Origin: the human T2T-CHM13v2.0 reference genome, Homo sapiens
NCBI RefSeq assembly: GCF_009914755.1
Contig: NC_060927.1
Strand: one strand, 5' to 3'
DNA length: 64,000 nt
Made by a program: the position numbers and the translations under genes
Notes under the pieces: generated by a model
Told to the model about the DNA's origin: nothing
Seen by the model: only the letters and a program-made list of their open reading frames with translations
Databases searched by the model: none
Part shown: one piece after another, positions 62,054 to 64,000 of the stretch
Layout: every line of letters begins with the position of its first letter
Position numbering within the stretch: the first letter of the stretch is position 1

Positions 62054-64000
62054 ACTCTAAACAAATTTAGAACAAAAATATTACATGTGGGTTCTCTTGT
62101 ATACATAATTATTCTTTAATGGAAGATTTGGGCAAAGTTAATTATGCTATAGATATTAAGAATCCAATGTTTTGGTTCTTCCCAAAATGAAAATAATCCT
62201 GAAAGAAATCTGGATTTTATCTTTATTTTCTACAAATAGAACTCTAAAACCATTAAGTGTTCATAAAACTTCTCCCCTAGAAGAAGAAATCAAAATGAAC
62301 TCTATCAACCAACAGGCCAGAATACATGCCTTTAAAAATCAAACTTACTTTGTTTCATATAACACATAGCATAATTCCCACTACCACAGGGAACCATCGT
62401 TTTGAAAATTCAGTGAAATATCATTATTAAAGCAAAGCACCTGGAAAACCGTAGTTACTCAAATACGTGAAGTCCAATGAACAAACTGCTCAATAAATAA
62501 TTCTGAATGGCAGGATGATGGGTGACATTTGTTTATTTGTTTTTCTGTTTTAATCTAGGGACTAGTCAAGTGACAGGAGTTCTGATTCCTGCAGTTCTTC
62601 CCGTTTCCCTGAGTTTAAACATCAACTTTCTCTCATTGGCTACGTGGGCCAATAAATTTTTGGCTTTTTTGACTTAAGGTAGTTTGAGCTAGATTCCTAA
62701 TTATTGCAATCTTGACTATTTCTGTAGCACTTATGATACTAAACCTGTTTAGTTTTGTAAAAGAAGGGCAAGAACAGTTAAACCACATAGCTACACAAGA
62801 AATCTGATTTGTTCTTAGAAAGCAGCCACCAGGTTTGTTTTCTCCCTATGACTAACTACCATGTATTGTATGTATTATGAGACCCAATACACCGATGATA
62901 CTGGCATCATGTATCACCCTTAATTTCATTTCTTGTCCCTCTCAAAGGCTGTTAAAGTTTCATCCTAGGTTGTATTTGCTAATGCTCTTAAATTGTAGAG
63001 AAAAATATTTTGAATACATTTTAAGAAAGATGCTTTTTTAACATATTCCTTCCACTAGTTTCTTTTCCCAACCACAGGACAATTTAAGTAGATTTCCTAA
63101 ATTGACAGAGGGAGAAAGGAGGAGAGAAAGTCATATTTAATCCTATTTAAAAACAAAATTTTTACCATTTACCTTGTGATCTCAACTATTCATGATTTCT
63201 GAGTAACACAGTAATTTATGTGCATTGCCCTTACTGAGAATTCCTTTTTGGCAGCACAGTCTGTGTCACTCATTGCATGGAACTGAAAATACAGCTAAAT
63301 AAATGAGTGAAGTGAATGAGTCAAGACTTCAATCTCCAAAGTAATTAATCCAAATTACTCAACAGAAGAGTGGCATACACAATGTACAAAGTATGACTAT
63401 CAAGGGTACAAGATGCAACTACCAACTTATAGGTATATTAACACGGCAGAACAGATAACATTTCCAACAATACTCAAAATGGTTTTGCCACCATTTTTAA
63501 ACCGCCATAGATGCCAGTTTACAAACAGGAATGTCGTTGCTTATCACATCTTAACACATCTAACATTCCCCACAACTGGTTTGGTACCACATGACTGATC
63601 CCCTGCTTTATTATCAGACTTTCCAGTATGACTACTGGCCACTGAAATCACCGATGGGCAACAGCAAATAGAAAGAATTGTCACAGTTATTTAGGGAAGT
63701 GTGTCAATGCTCTGAAGCTCAAAACCACTCCAGAAGTACTTTAAATGCACTGCCTACAGCCTCCAAGGCTACAGTTGTGTGTGTAACTTCTAGTACTTTT
63801 TTTTTAGAGGGGGTGTGGGGCGGGGAGTAGGGAACTATAACAGAAAAACAGGAATACTAGTTTAAAGGGCCCACTTCATAAAGACAACTTTCCCCTAATC
63901 CAGTAACATTCAACACACAAGATGAAAGCCCCAAGATTTTGAAAAAACAGTTATTTATTAGAACTCTTAACTGGAACTCCTTCTCCCAGGCTTCATTTAT

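Overview
Primate (most likely human) genomic DNA carrying the 3' part of RYBP (RING1 and YY1 binding protein, a non-canonical PRC1 subunit) on the minus strand. Three coding exons (5007-4831, 4718-4620, 4217-3965) have canonical GT-AG splice sites and join in frame to give residues ~53-228. A ~3.8 kb 3'UTR runs down to poly(A) signals at 321-326 and 195-200. The remaining ~59 kb (5008-64000) is one large intron; the exons for the N-terminal zinc finger lie beyond the window. The intron is filled with old mammalian and primate repeats (Alu/FLAM, L1, L2, MIR, MaLR LTRs, hAT and Tigger MITEs). I see no evidence of a new gene family or a prokaryote-type system. The most notable observations are a 14-nt contiguous miR-125 match in the 3'UTR, a ~150 bp locally templated insertion that splits a MER5A, a motif-dense island at ~44.3-44.8 kb, candidate recursive splice sites, a 3'UTR RNA G-quadruplex and a 150-bp pure purine Alu tail. 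Repeat family names and miRNA sequences are recalled from memory, and repeat boundaries are approximate.
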